Assembly: GCA_964057225.1 (NCBI GenBank)
Contig: OZ059896.1
Location: 16,120,001 to 16,184,000 of the forward strand
DNA: 64,000 nt
Reading direction: 5' to 3'
Origin: Auanema rhodensis
Taxonomy: Eukaryota; Animalia; Nematoda
Shown here: piece by piece, positions 23,248-36,874 of the stretch
Layout: each line of letters opens with the position of its first letter
How positions within the stretch are numbered: the first letter of the stretch is position 1
Made by a program: the position numbers and the translations under genes
The notes under the pieces: model-generated
Databases searched by the model: none
What the model saw: only the letters and a program-made list of their open reading frames with translations
What the model was told of the DNA's origin: nothing

Positions 23248-25979
23248 TTAATTAAAATATCCATAACCATTTGATGGGGGTACCGGAGCAAAACCTTGAG
23301 GTGGATAAGCGCCACCCTTAAAAAACCGATAAAGCTTCAAAGAAAACTTTTACCTACCATTGCATGTAGTGGAGCAGATCCATTCGGCCTAGAAGCTATG
23401 GGAATCGTCAAAGTTAGAGCTTCTGGAAACAAATCATGATAGGAATTCACGGGAACGTAATTTGCAGTGATAATCTGAAACATCATAATGAGTAAACGTA
23501 TATTAATGAAAATAAATAGGTAAAATAAACCAAAAAACTCTTACTTTTCCACTGAACCATCTTCCATGAAGAGCTGAGACACTCCTGTGAGCAATAACAA
23601 CAGAGGGGCATTTAACATAAACATTTCCCTGAGCACTGGCTTTATCTACATACACATGAAGTGCTCCTCCATTTTTGGCACACTCTTCGATAACATCCTG
23701 AAATACGCATATAAACAAAGAGGAATTCGAATAGCAATGTTATACCTGTCTAACATCATCTTCCCATGATGGTTCTACTTCCTTCGCAGGATCAAACATA
23801 TTGGAAAGCATAAAGCACTGGGTGGCAATAGAAGGGATAGTTGGGTCATGTTGCTGTGCTTGTTGTGTTTGAAGCGCTTGCTGGGCTTGATGAGGTAACT
23901 CAATTCCAGTTCCTTGAGCTAATTTTGCCATTAACTGTAATCGCCCACTTTGTCCACCGAGAGAAATGCCTTGCTTATCTTCGATAACGTCGTCTAAGCT
24001 CCTCTGTTTAGCTGACTCATCTTCCTTAAAACAAAATATTTGTTACAACGCAAATTAAATTATAACTTACGTCATCAACTATGCTGACACGAATATTGTT
24101 TCCTGCTAGTTCCAAGCCATTCAACTGTTCTGCAGCTTTAGTGCCATCTTCAGTCTTGGTAAACTACAAAAATCAAGTATTAAAAAAAAGTAACAAGAAT
24201 AACTAACCGTTACATATCCAACTCCAACTCCAGTGGCATCTTTACGAATTTTACAGTTTTGAATACGACCGAAAGGCTCGAAAATAGGTTCCAGCATGCT
24301 CTCGTTAATATTTGGGTGCAAGTTCGAAATTTGCAACTTGCAAGGTCCTTTGCTATTAGCCGGGCCAAATCCTAAGGCAGACCCAACTGTAGCAGTGGCA
24401 TTGGCAGCGCGATTACGCTCGGCGCAAGTTCTTTGAATAACCAACGGAGCTCCTGTAAGACAATTAATAAAAAATAATAAATATAAAACGAATGCTACCG
24501 AGCAGTTTCTGGCCATTTAGAGCTAATCCAAGGGAGACACTTTCTTCTTCCCAGAACTCAACATAAGCAATACCCTAAACAATATAAGTAAAAATGAAAA
24601 ATAGAATAGAGTACCTTTGATCTTCCAGTTCTAGAATCTGTAATAATACGGACATCTCTGACTGCACCAACTGAACTGAAAAACTCTTCAAGATCCCGAG
24701 GTCTTGTTTGTCTTGCAATCTAATATAATATGGTTAGGAAATAAATAAATTTACGAAAAAATAACCTGTAATATGAATAATGTTCTGTGATCTCTTTCTT
24801 CTGAAGACAGATCAGTTCTAGCACCTTTTGGAGGTGACGTACGAGCCGTAAATGGCATAACATCTCGACGCTCAGGACCTGGCAAACGTCCTAAAAGGGA
24901 TAAATTAGTAAAATAAAATAATTGAAATACTGAGTACTGACTTATAGGAGATCTTCTGTCACGGTGATCAATTACACGCGGTCTATCACGGGGATGTCTG
25001 TGCCTACGATCACGAGAACGGGATCTGAAATAGTTGAATTATATAAATATAAATATTTTTATTTAATACCTGGAACGTCTGTTATATGTTGGTCGTCGAT
25101 CACGACTGCGGCTTCTTCGTCTTTCGCGACTACGACTTCTTTTTCGGTCTCGGCTTTTACTACGGCGATCACGAGAGCGTGAACGCTTCTTACGGTCTCT
25201 AGATGAGCTTCTTCGGCGATCTCTGCTGGAACTACGTCTACGTTTTTTGCGATCCTCGCTGGGGGATCTGAAACAAAATAGTTAGAACAATTTTCTTCTG
25301 CTCTTTAGAAAATTTTCATTAAAAAAAAACAAAAATAAAACAAGTTGAATCTTCTAATGCTGACCAATAAGGACAACTCCATTGAACAACGCTTCGTGCC
25401 ATAAGCCTGCAACAAAGGCCCGCGACTTTTCTTCATTTTATTATTTCATTTGACAATTATTAAAACTGTTCGAAATGAAGAAAAGTCGCGTTCATGGCCT
25501 TGCAAGGACACGAGCGTACCTCGAGACGCTTCTTCAGACGACATCAGCAGAAAAGGAAGAACAGTGGAACAGCGCTTGTACAAAGGCTCTCGTTTAAAGG
25601 TCTACAACGACGAGCAGGTCTTACAAATGTGAAAAAAAAGTTCAAGATTTGCTTTTGAGAAACTTGATTAGATAATATTTTGAAATAAAGATGAATATTA
25701 CATTAATATTATACAACTTACCGACTACGATTTCGTCGTCCATCATCCTTATTCTCTTTAGAGTCCTGAAACATATTAGTATACTTTAGATTAACTGTTT
25801 CATATTTATATTTTTTATTGTCAATGTAATACATTCTGATTTGTTTTAATCGAAGATCTTCGAAACACCAAAAAAACCATCACCTCCATGATTCTAAAAT
25901 GAATATTAAATCAACTAACCACCTCTTCCGCCTTTTTCGGGTCTAGAGCATCTTCAAGAAGAGCATCGACGTCATCCAT
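23248..25979 (-). CDS. rbm-39: Splicing factor RBM39/CAPER (RS domain, 2 RRMs, UHM)
   Basis: MDDVDALLE, RS repeats, ERDHRTLFILQIARQTRPRDLEEFFSSVG, RLQLMAKLAQGTG, IATQCFMLSNMFDP, ALHGRWFSGK. Confidence 0.95.
25520..25619 (-). other. Candidate poison (PTC-containing) cassette exon in rbm-39 intron 2
   Basis: Acceptors TTTGTAAG| and TTGTAG| and donor GAG|GTACGC at 25519. In the frame of exon 2 it reads RPARRCRPLNESLCTSAVPLFFLFC* (TGA). Confidence 0.6.
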
Positions 25980-27174
25980 GCTGGAAAACTATAAGCCTTT
26001 GAATATCTTCACAACCTCGATCACAATAGTTTCTTCGAAATCGAAAAGGAAAAGTAGCTTGCCCGCGAGCGTGTGATAACGTATTCGAAATGGCACCGTT
26101 TCGAGACCAAATACTTTTTAGTAATAGAGCGCGCTTCAAACAAAAATAATGCTGTTGCCTCATAAACCACAAAGTGAAAATAAAATTATTATTAACCGAA
26201 ATAAGTTAATTAGTTAATAGTGCTTTTAAATTAACAAAGCAAATGGAAATAAAATATTGCAAATAATCTTATAAGTAACTATGAAAAATTTATCTGTTTA
26301 AATTTATTATTTTCAAATTTTTATACAGAAAAGAAAGTTGTGAATAAAACTTGTATTTGACATTTTAAATGATTTCTCTTCCGATCCAGTCATAAAAACT
26401 GAAATATAACATCTTCCTGGTTGTTTGAAAAGCACAACAGACATATATGATTGTGAATCACTCTGTTCGACTTACAGGTCTACAATTTACTAGGTAGAGC
26501 TCGAAGCTGAAATTGAAAGAAATAATTGACTCAAATTGGTTATATTGCTTTGAAGCGAAATATATTGCTTCGAAACTCAACATATGTTAACTGAATCGGT
26601 GAAATTACTGATTTTTTCTTTTACTTTCCTAATTTTATATCAACATTAGCCCAGAGTGGTTGCTTTCCCAGTCAGGTTAGTTTACATTTCCTTTCCTTTA
26701 TGATTGCGAGAACAAAGTTTGTGCCCCGAATCATCTAAATCCAAACTATGAATGCATCGATTTTTTTAATTCTTTACCATTGATTTAAGTTTCAATAAGA
26801 TTTTTCTTCGTATTTTTATGGACTGTTATCACCAACTTACATTAATATATTGATTGCACTATCTGCTTATCCATAACTATCTTAAAAGACTCAGTAGTAT
26901 GACAACATATTTCAAAATATGATTTATTAATTGAAAAGTCTTAAATACATTCGCCTAAATAGCAGCCTTTGTTGAGCATATTGCTAAAAATTTTTTTAGA
27001 TTCAAATAAAAATTTTGTATACTGTCGCAATTCATTTGTCAGCCACGCAATTATACGTACTCCAAATGTTTTTTTAATATTTTTTTTCTATATATGCTTA
27101 TAAAGTTAATTTCTAATGTTTATACCGTACTTTATTGATGTGTAAATAAGAGTAAACACTATGTTTAGGGTAAA

Positions 27175-30100
27175 ATGGCCCTCCTGGATATAGCTAATAT
27201 TTCTGCTCAAATGGACGATCATTTTAATGCTAAAATTCTCCATTATAAATTAGTGGATGACTCAAAATACGCTGTAAGTCTTTTTGCTCTCGTTTTTTTA
27301 CTCCGTCCTCTTCGGTTTTATCAAGTTTCATTTGTGATTACGGTATCTTTTGGAACACCTGCTTGTCACTTGAGTATTTATCAATTTTCTCTTAAAGTTT
27401 CGGTGTTAAATATGACTTCATTTCATATTTTTGAAGTTGTTTTGTTGAATATTTTAAAGAAAAAATGTTACTTTCAGGTATATAATATTCAATTAAATGT
27501 TGGTGATAATACATGGACCATCGAGCGAAGATATAGCGAGTTCGATTCCTATGACCAAGCAAAATTTGTTGATCGTAAGAAGTCTTTTTTACCACCGAAA
27601 AAGCTGGTGGGAAATATGGTGAGTTGCTTACAAACTTAATATTTCTAACGTTTGAAATGAATTTAGGACCCAGAATTCCTTGAAGAACGTAAACGTGAGC
27701 TTGAAAAATATGTTAGAGCAATACTGGAACTAGAAGTTTGGCATCAGAAACAAAAAGGAATCAATTCATTGTCCCTGCCTACTGCAAGGTTTTTCGATTT
27801 CCATCAATACGTAAGTTTTTTTGCTGCTTTGGGGATTTAAACTAAAAAAAGTATACACCATTGTCTGTGTATGCTTAGTCAGAACTTACTCACATCTTGA
27901 GATTTTGCCCTTTGAGTAGGAAGATTGTTTTGTGGTGGGTTGCGTTAAAATTCGAAAAAAAAACAAGAATGAAAACATAAGAACAACGTAAAGGTTTTAT
28001 TATTCTATACATTGACCGAAATACAATTGTTTAACATTATCAATTTTAAAAATGATCTTCTATTCAGTTTCCGTTGATTGATAATGACTTTTGTTTTTTT
28101 CGGCTTCAGAATGTCCGCGAATATTGACTCTTTAACAAAGCAATAAGTAAATATACAACATCAAATAATGGTATTCATGAGATAAACTCAAAGGAATTTA
28201 TGAAATAACACGTGGCGTTTTCTTGCCAGTTGATTTAGTTATCGTCATCAGTAGCATGATGAGCTGTAAGCTGGCCTCGGCTACCAGTTGCTCTACGTTT
28301 CATACGCCAGTACTGAAGCCTGGTCCACATTTCCCGGATAGCGAGATAGATCATGATAACGTTCTTGATTGAGAAAACAGAGAATTGATATCTGAAAAAG
28401 ATAACGTGTGTTCTAATAGTATTTCAATCCGCTTAGATTTATGTAATCAATTAACTTACTTCTTTCCCTTGTTTTCAACTTCGAGAAGGATGTAGAGATA
28501 GATACGAAGCCCAAGAACGGGTCCGTTGACCTGATAATATTCAAAAGTTAATTCATCGTTTCTCTTTTCAAATTTAACTTACAATTAGGACATAGATAAG
28601 AGCCCAGATTTTGTCACTAACTAAGAGTACCGTTGGGAATCTTCCAAAGCGAAGTCTCAGCAGAGTGAACGTTGGCATCACAAAGTTGACGCATACGATG
28701 CTCAAGATAGCAACATCAACCCAGAAATGGAGTTTCCATGTATCATTCTACAAATTGTGAAGTTTTACTAAGTTGATTTTGGGAAATCTCCAAATTTCAC
28801 GTTTTCATGCTAAATTTTCTATTTGGTCTCGTATATAATGACTATTTGGCGCTGGTAAGCTAAGATTTGCTTAGTGCGCAACCAACACAATATAACCTCT
28901 TCATCTTACAGTCTGACCAATAATTGAGGAACTCATATTACATAAGAACTCCGCTTTACTCCTTTTCTTTATAATATTTTGGTTGAAACTCACGAAGGAT
29001 TGCCAAAGGAGGTCCATAAAGTCAATGTTATCGATGAGATCAAGACAAATAGCTGTAGCAAGATAGGCGATGTACATTTGACGGGTGCTCATAAGAGGAG
29101 TATAATGGTGGGCTTCCAAAAGAAAAAGGAAAATTGGTGCCGAAAGCACAAGACCGAGCTTGAAAAGTTGATCATCGAAAAGCTTGTCATTGTTATCCAA
29201 TGGACCAGGTGGAAGCTATAATATGAGTTTTTGGCTAATCCCTGTTGTGCCTCTATTTATACCTCATGATAGAAAAGTCGGAAACATGCAGAGATTTTGC
29301 CCACTAACACCAACGAGTATACGAACCATCCAATCCATGCGTACTTTACTTTTCCATCTGAAAATTGTAATGTCTTAGTTGCCGTTCCCTCCAAAAAAAC
29401 TTGAATTTCTATGTTTTTCTGAGTCTTTCTTTCTTTTTTTGTATGTGTTAGATTAAACACTCACCAACACTGCATACTTCTTCCATTTGTGTCTGGTTGT
29501 GCTTTATAGCCAAAACTAGCAACCAGAGAAAAACAACAATAACTAGAGCATCGGCACCAATCCATGAATACCTGAAATTCAGGAAGAGTTTGTGCTTTTT
29601 TTTGCTTGAAAGTTTACCATATTCTGTCAGAAAGGACTGTCAAGTAGTAGTAATCAAGTAATCCTAATTGGATAATTACCAATGCAATGCAAATGACGAA
29701 CGATGAAATATCAAGGAAGCCTCGAATACAACGACCTAAAACAGCGGTTTCGTGAACAATTTTGAAAAATGACCTCTTTCGCGCTTCTTCGCCTCAATTA
29801 TATATTCAAAGTTGTTATTTACCTGGAATGACAGCCATAGTATGATATTTAGTAGGTGGAGCGAGGACTAGAGCTGTTTCTTCGGCTGAACCGTCACAGG
29901 CCTTGATAGGAAACTCGTCGTGCCCGTCGTAGTATTCTGAGTGCTGTATGAATTCGTCGCCGTTTTCCTCTACAACGTCTTCAATTAGATGACGAGGATC
30001 ACGGCCGGATGTATTGGCGTATTCAACTCCTAGAAAGATCATATTATATTGTTTTGTTTCCAAAAAAATAATTTAATAAACAAAAGACCTCAAAGTTCTT

Positions 30101-33100
30101 GCAGAAAAAACGCAGAATTATAAGAGAATGACTAATGTTTTGAATTATGAAAGCGTCCAAGAGGTCATTTTCATAAATTTTGGTTTAATATTATGGAAAA
30201 GAATAAAATCAAAATGTAATAAATGATAAAAAATGAGTTCCACTGATAGGCAGATGAAGCCTCTGTGAAATCAATTATGTATTATTCAGTTGTGATCTGG
30301 TTGGCTAAATCTGCTAGCCATTTTTACTTTTTGACGAATGCAAGTAGTTGCCTTTATTCGTTAATTGTAAGTCACTTAGCGAGAAAAAAACCAGATTTAT
30401 ATAATAATCGATTGGATCTACTCAAACTGTTGTATAACGTTGGGAAAAGCAACAGAAAGTTTAGCAGGTTAAACGTTTGAATAGAAGATTTCTTCTATGC
30501 TTGAGGAATATGAAGCAAAAATCTCTTCATGTGTTACCCAAACTGACAGGCTTGTAGAAAGTGAGAGAGGGAGCATAAAAGAGTCTACCTGTCTCAAGAT
30601 GAGAAAAGAGCATTGTCAATCCGATTAGGGGAGAAAACGTTACTTGTACAAGCATTCTAACCGCGTGGCTTAGAATCAAAGCAAATAATCTGTTCTAAAT
30701 AGTTGGTGGAGAAGGTTTTTTTCGAATGATAATCCCAAAATTCAAGATATAATAATACCAAGCTAGCCGATTGATTAGCGTGCTCTTTATCAAAAGTTCA
30801 AATTGGCAAAAAATGGTAACACAAACTTTACGTTACCACAGCAAATGCACCAAAACAAAATTTTGTTTAAGAATTGAAATATCGTGTTATAAGGTCAAAT
30901 TTAGTAGCAGAGAATGAATGAGGGAACGCTAGATAAGAAAGAGTTGAATTGACTGAAGACACCCGTGCTTCGTTCACTCTCAGCCTACAATTATTTGAGA
31001 ATCGGCATGTAAACAAGCTCTGGGCTACTCACCCTTTAGATTCTCTCAGAGTACGCAAGAGACTACATAATCGAGTTGGATAGAGAGCGGATATGAAGAA
31101 AGAAGCAATCATCTCATTGAGATTTAGGAGGTTTTTCGATTATAGGTTTCAAAAAGAAGATAGTAGAGAGTGTGTGAATGTGAAAGATTAAGAATCTAAC
31201 TTGAAGAGTAAAACTCAACCGTGCGTAGCGACTGCAATATGCAGAATAAGTTTTTTCCACTCATGTACTTATCACATTTTATCTATTTTTTGAATAATTA
31301 TGTTTATAATCACAATAAAATAATTTTTTTTGTTTAAAAATAGAAAGTGTGTCCATGAGTTCTGGTTTATTAGTTGAATGTGGAAAAAAAGACGGCTGTT
31401 CAATGCTAACTCCTTGCTATGCCTTGGCTTCTTGTTCGTCGCAGTTTGTTGTTGTTTTGTTGTTAAAAATAAAAAAAATTGCAGAAGGAATATATTCAAC
31501 TTGGTTTGTGCAGAAAGGAAGAATCTATCTTAAATGTTGATCATCTTGTGAGCTCTTTATAGCTGCTAAAGGGTCATTTGGTCAATTCTAAAGAATTGTT
31601 GAGTTTTCATGAAGACAATAAATTTTCACAATAGAGCCAAAGGCTTCAACAAACAAGTCAGTATTTCCAGTACTAATGCCGACCAGCAAGCTAGCTCTGT
31701 TGTCTTATTAAGCCAGTTGGTAAACCATATGTTTATGGGTTAACCTGATTATTATATTGATTAGAAATCCAGCTTTAATCATTATAAATTTGTTTACACC
31801 TCTTTTACCTGGCTCTCTAGCCTAGTATCAAGCGTTTTAATTATGCAGATTCGCTGAAGGATTATCGCCTAAAGAGAGGAACTGGACCATCTGCCCCCGG
31901 TTAACAAGAGATATAGCTCCTACGATTGACTGACTGCATAGCTGGTACCAATAAGAGGAAGCTAGGGAGATTGTATGCGCGAACGACCCCATCCGCCTCT
32001 GCCATGCAGCCTTCTGTCATGGCAATATATGGATTGGAGGCTGTTTGCTGCAGAAAACATGATTTTCGACAGAAAAATGCTTTTCTACATGCATTTCTTC
32101 GACATGTGTTCTAATAGTTTCTGTCAGATTTAATGCAAATCATGATTAAGCATGGTATTTGAATATGTTACTCACGACTACGACGGAATGATTTTCGAAA
32201 ATAGTCTTTTATGAAAAGTGAGCCCGACTTTGCTCGTTTTCCTATTTATCCTAGTATATTGTTTTCTACTTTATTTATTCCAAAATTTTAAAAAAGAACG
32301 AAATAAAATTCTCAACTAAAGCCGCTAGAAAGGAAAAAACGGCCTGATAGATGGATGGGTAGCAAAGTATGCGATAAGGAAAAATTTGTGGAACATAAAC
32401 AATCTTTTTCGTGACAGTGGCTGAAGTTCTATTGCTTTTACGAAGGTTTGCTTGTCAAAAGTAACTCCTGAGCTTCGTAGATTGTCTGGGAAGTGATGGA
32501 TCTCGTTGATTGTTCTGACGGTGGTCGTCAGTCAGAGATGCTGGTCTGGGATTGACGACAACGATGACGATAAAAATGATTTGGACTTGGTCGTATCGTT
32601 ACTTACGAAAAACGAAAAGATGGGCGAAGAGTAATTTGGAAATGTTTCGGAAAACCTAATGATCAATGGACCGGGTAGTACAAAGAGCAGCAAATTGGTA
32701 TTCGGAAAAGACAAAATTGCAAGTCTAAGGCCTGTGCCGATGTTATGGTTAACTGGCTCGCTCCTTCTGTTTGCTGTTGACGCTATAAGACGATTAGATT
32801 GTTAATGGACCTAAGGAGATCCGTATACAGTGTCAATATATTCTACGATTTTCAGTTAATAACTACTGAGCCTTAATGAGGGCAGTTTTTCTGTAAAAGG
32901 TGTTGATTCTATAAGAGAGAAGAAGAAGGAAATATTACTATTGAACGATAAAGATGTCATAGAATGAGAAGAAGAATAAGCGAAATATGAAAATTTGAAA
33001 CGGAAAATATTTGGAAAGATTCATCTACATAGAAATTACGACATTCATGTTTCATGGTAGTAATCCCTTCCAAACGACTACCGATTGAAGATATGTGGGT

Positions 33101-36100
33101 TTAGTTCTATATAACAACCTAAAAGCTAGGAACGGCCGTAGGAAGACATTTGTTTCTTCTTGATATATAGGCTAGTCATATGAGCTTCGGAATTTATGAA
33201 TACTGAATGATATAAGAGGAAAATTTGCAGTACAACAAGCTAGTTTCTAAGTTGATTTGAATTAGAATTAGGTAGTTTTATCTTGAAATAGCTATAGCGA
33301 TATTAGAATACACAAAGAAAAATACTAAAAAGCAGTAAAGTGAATAACCCACCTCCGATGTCCATAGAAGTTCAAACAGACGAGGATGATAGCTGTGCCG
33401 CAGGATGAACCTGCTTGTCTCTAAGTTGTTTGTATGTGCTGTCAACAACAACAGCTAGCAGTAATTAATGTTCAGCACAGGCTGAAGAAAGAAGCTGATA
33501 GATCGTTAGTGAAAAAGAGAGAAAGAAAGAAGGAGAATGAGCTGAAAGATATGAATAACAGGAGGCAGATAGCCGGCTGGATGGGCGGATCGAAATGACC
33601 TAAGGATAGCTCTAATTTGGCAATGAGCCAGGCTGCCTAGTAAGTCGGATCAGAGGATGGGAGGCACACACACAGCAGCAGCAGGCGTGGACAGAAGGAG
33701 AAAGAAAACAGCAAAAGATGGAAGAGGCGGAGAGAGAGCCACAGTTTGCATCAGACGAGAGAAGACATAGCATGATAGTTGCAGAAAGAGAGAGGAAAAG
33801 AAGAGGAGTAGAGGTCAGATGGGCACGCCCTCTAGGTTCTGACCGGCTTCGTTCCGGTCTTGAACCCGAAGCAGGCACTCGTTGGGGACAGCATGTGAAT
33901 GCCACCTAATCATGTTTCCGAAGAGCTTTGTTTTCCGGTTCATCTTGGATCCTCAGAAATGGTTATATGAGTCAGGGTCTCTGAATTTGACTTCATCATG
34001 CCATATCCTAGAATAAGCGTGCTATGCTTTAAACCAAGTTGGGATACTTGAGTTATAAAATACATGAATATATTGCGCTTGTTCTCAAGATGAATTAGTA
34101 GGAAGCAGGCCGTCATTTACCAGTCTGACTGCAACTAACGACAGCCGGTCGGCACCGCTTTTATTCTGTACCCCCCGAATGATCATTTGGGGGTAAAGTT
34201 GACGACGACTTCATGACGATAACTCGTTCATCTGTTGCTCGGACGCTATGCGTGACACGATGGTTTCTCATAAAGAAAGAAGCAGCTTGGAGAGGCTATC
34301 AGTTTATAAACGTTGATGAAACCCATTTGGATAGTGTTGCCTTTTTGAGTGTTGGCATAGCTGTCCATATAAGAGAACGATGGATGCATCCAGGTAAACA
34401 GAAAGCCATCTGTTCATGAGCTCATCGACTCAATTGTGTATGCAGAAAGCGATTAACATCAGTAATGTTTTGTAACCTTTGTGGGATATTCTGTATCTGG
34501 CGGTAGATGTGCTGTCAGCCGGAAAACCAGAACATCGCGATTGTTGGTACTTCCATATTGCGATGTAAATTTGTCCAGTGAAGTAACTAACTAGCTAAAC
34601 TAGACGCTACATATGTACTCCTGAGAATGATATCAGCTCTTTCTCAGATATGCCGCTATATAAAGCCTAGGGAGAAATTAATACTAATGAATGAACGACG
34701 AACATGGCGATTAGATTCCCTCGGGAAGTGTGTACAGAGCTTAGCAGATATTTGTTAGTTTTGGCTTTCTAGCTAAATCCAGATTTGGCAAAAAGTTCAA
34801 ACGCAAGTTCTGCTACTGAACAAAACATAAAAAAACAATGTTGTCGATTGTGTGGCGAAAGAAAGAAAATAGAATAGTTTGAGTTCCTGCTCAGCATTAT
34901 TATAACATTATACTTGGTGTTCGAAAGTCAAAAGATCCGGATGGCGAGTTGTGAGCGAAAATGAAGAGGAATAACTCATGTGTTGATGCATATACAACTG
35001 AGTGGTTCCGTCAGTTCGTATTCATGGCTATTGAGAAATTAAATGTGCCAGACTACTCTTCTCGGCAACTCTTATACTTGCCCGTTTTCTCTTATTCTCC
35101 ATCCTCTATCAATGTTGCCCGGTCATCCAGTAAGCTGCTTCATTACATGTGATGCTGGTGGCTCTTGTTCCAAAAACCTCTTATCTTCCATTTTATGTCT
35201 ATATTCAGTTATGCGCTTTCAATTGCAGTTATGCGAAAAGATGTGGTAAAGGGAAAAGTAATTTTAGTCGTCATCTGCTATCGCGATCATATTGCTCTAT
35301 CAATTTGGCACCATCCTTTTTCCCATCTCTTCGAATTACATAATCTTAGCTTTATAAGAGCTAGAGGCATAATAGAATATGCCTGACCGTATATGAAGCT
35401 AGTAAATGGCTTTGAACTGTATAAGGATAGGTACCCTGTCCTGATTCAGCCATTCTCGTTTGCATCTTGACACTATGTCGTATTAAGAGACGAATTCATC
35501 TCTTAATAACTACTTCAACTCTACTGAGCAATCTTATTATTCGATTTGGAGGTCGAAGGTGTTGTCCTTGTTGAAGGTTGCAAGATAACACCCTCAATGA
35601 GCTCATACGATAGTCTGTGAGCTCAAATGTTAGATTTTTTTTACGCCGAGCACTGATCGCAGTCTAACTGCCAACAGAAAGAAATGAGCAGAATACACTA
35701 GCCATGTTTGTATTCTGTTTTCAAATGACAATATCGACCATTTGTGCTCTCATCCTAATGCCATTGTCTTAATAAGGAGTCATCTGTCGTTAGAATGGAA
35801 GGTGTCGCCCGCGATGTATAGCGAAATACAGTGAACCGTGAATAGAGCTGACAGACGAGGCAGCAACAGAATGAGCGTGAGAGATCGCCCAAAGAGACGA
35901 ATCAATGGCATAGAGGGGTTCCTAACGTTGTCTGCAAAGAAACAATGGCAGGCTGCTGCTTGATAATTGGAGCTAAAGCTGGCTGGATCGAAATGATTGT
36001 GTAGCATGTTGTAGTTAGAATACGCTTAGAAGATATGGACAGTGTGCTGCTGACTATGCATGCTTGCTGATGAAGGGAGACTTATGCTGCAGAGGAAAGA

Positions 36101-36462
36101 CCAGTCGTTGATGATTGGGTGGGATGTGGAAAGATGAAGAAGAGAGAAGACAGAAATGCTGGATACTCTCAACAAAAGAAGCTACAGTTATTCTTCCAAA
36201 GAGAAAATGGAATAAGAGGGCTTTGGAAGAAGAGGATAGAAAGAAGACAGGGAGGTCAACGGATGTGAGGGTCGACTCGTTGAGGTCTATTTATAAATCA
36301 TAGTAATTGTTGTCTTTCACAATTGTAGTACACCGTATCAATGTTATTATGAATATGTATATGTGAATAATGGATAGAAGATGAGATGAAGAGAAACGAC
36401 GACAATCCTATTGAAATTAACTAAATTGGATTGGATTGCTACACATACAACATTGCAATTCA

Positions 36463-36501
<39 letters not shown>

Positions 36502-36833
36502 GTATGCATTATAATATTTATTTTCATACTTTAAACCAGGAAGAAAAACAAAAACAACAAAAACAACAAAAACAGATAAAACTTTTCATTTTGTTCTTTT
36601 CGAGACCTTTTTCTTCTTTTTCACATTTCAAATTGCTGCCAATGGAAAAAAAGGTATCAGTTGTGTGACTGAAAGACATTTTTCTTATATGGCCATTTGT
36701 GAAATGGTAGTTAACACCTTTGAATTACAAACGAATTCAAATGAAATAGCACATTAATGCAAATGAAAGTATGGGAATATTGGAAAAAGAGCTAACTCTT
36801 AGTTGATCGCTAAAGTTGATGCTTAATTGTAAG

Positions 36834-36874
<41 letters not shown>

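Noticed and set aside
31030-31120. Additional TMEM121 first exon (MIASFF...)
   Set aside because: The donor is phase 2, incompatible with the phase-1 acceptor at ~30029.
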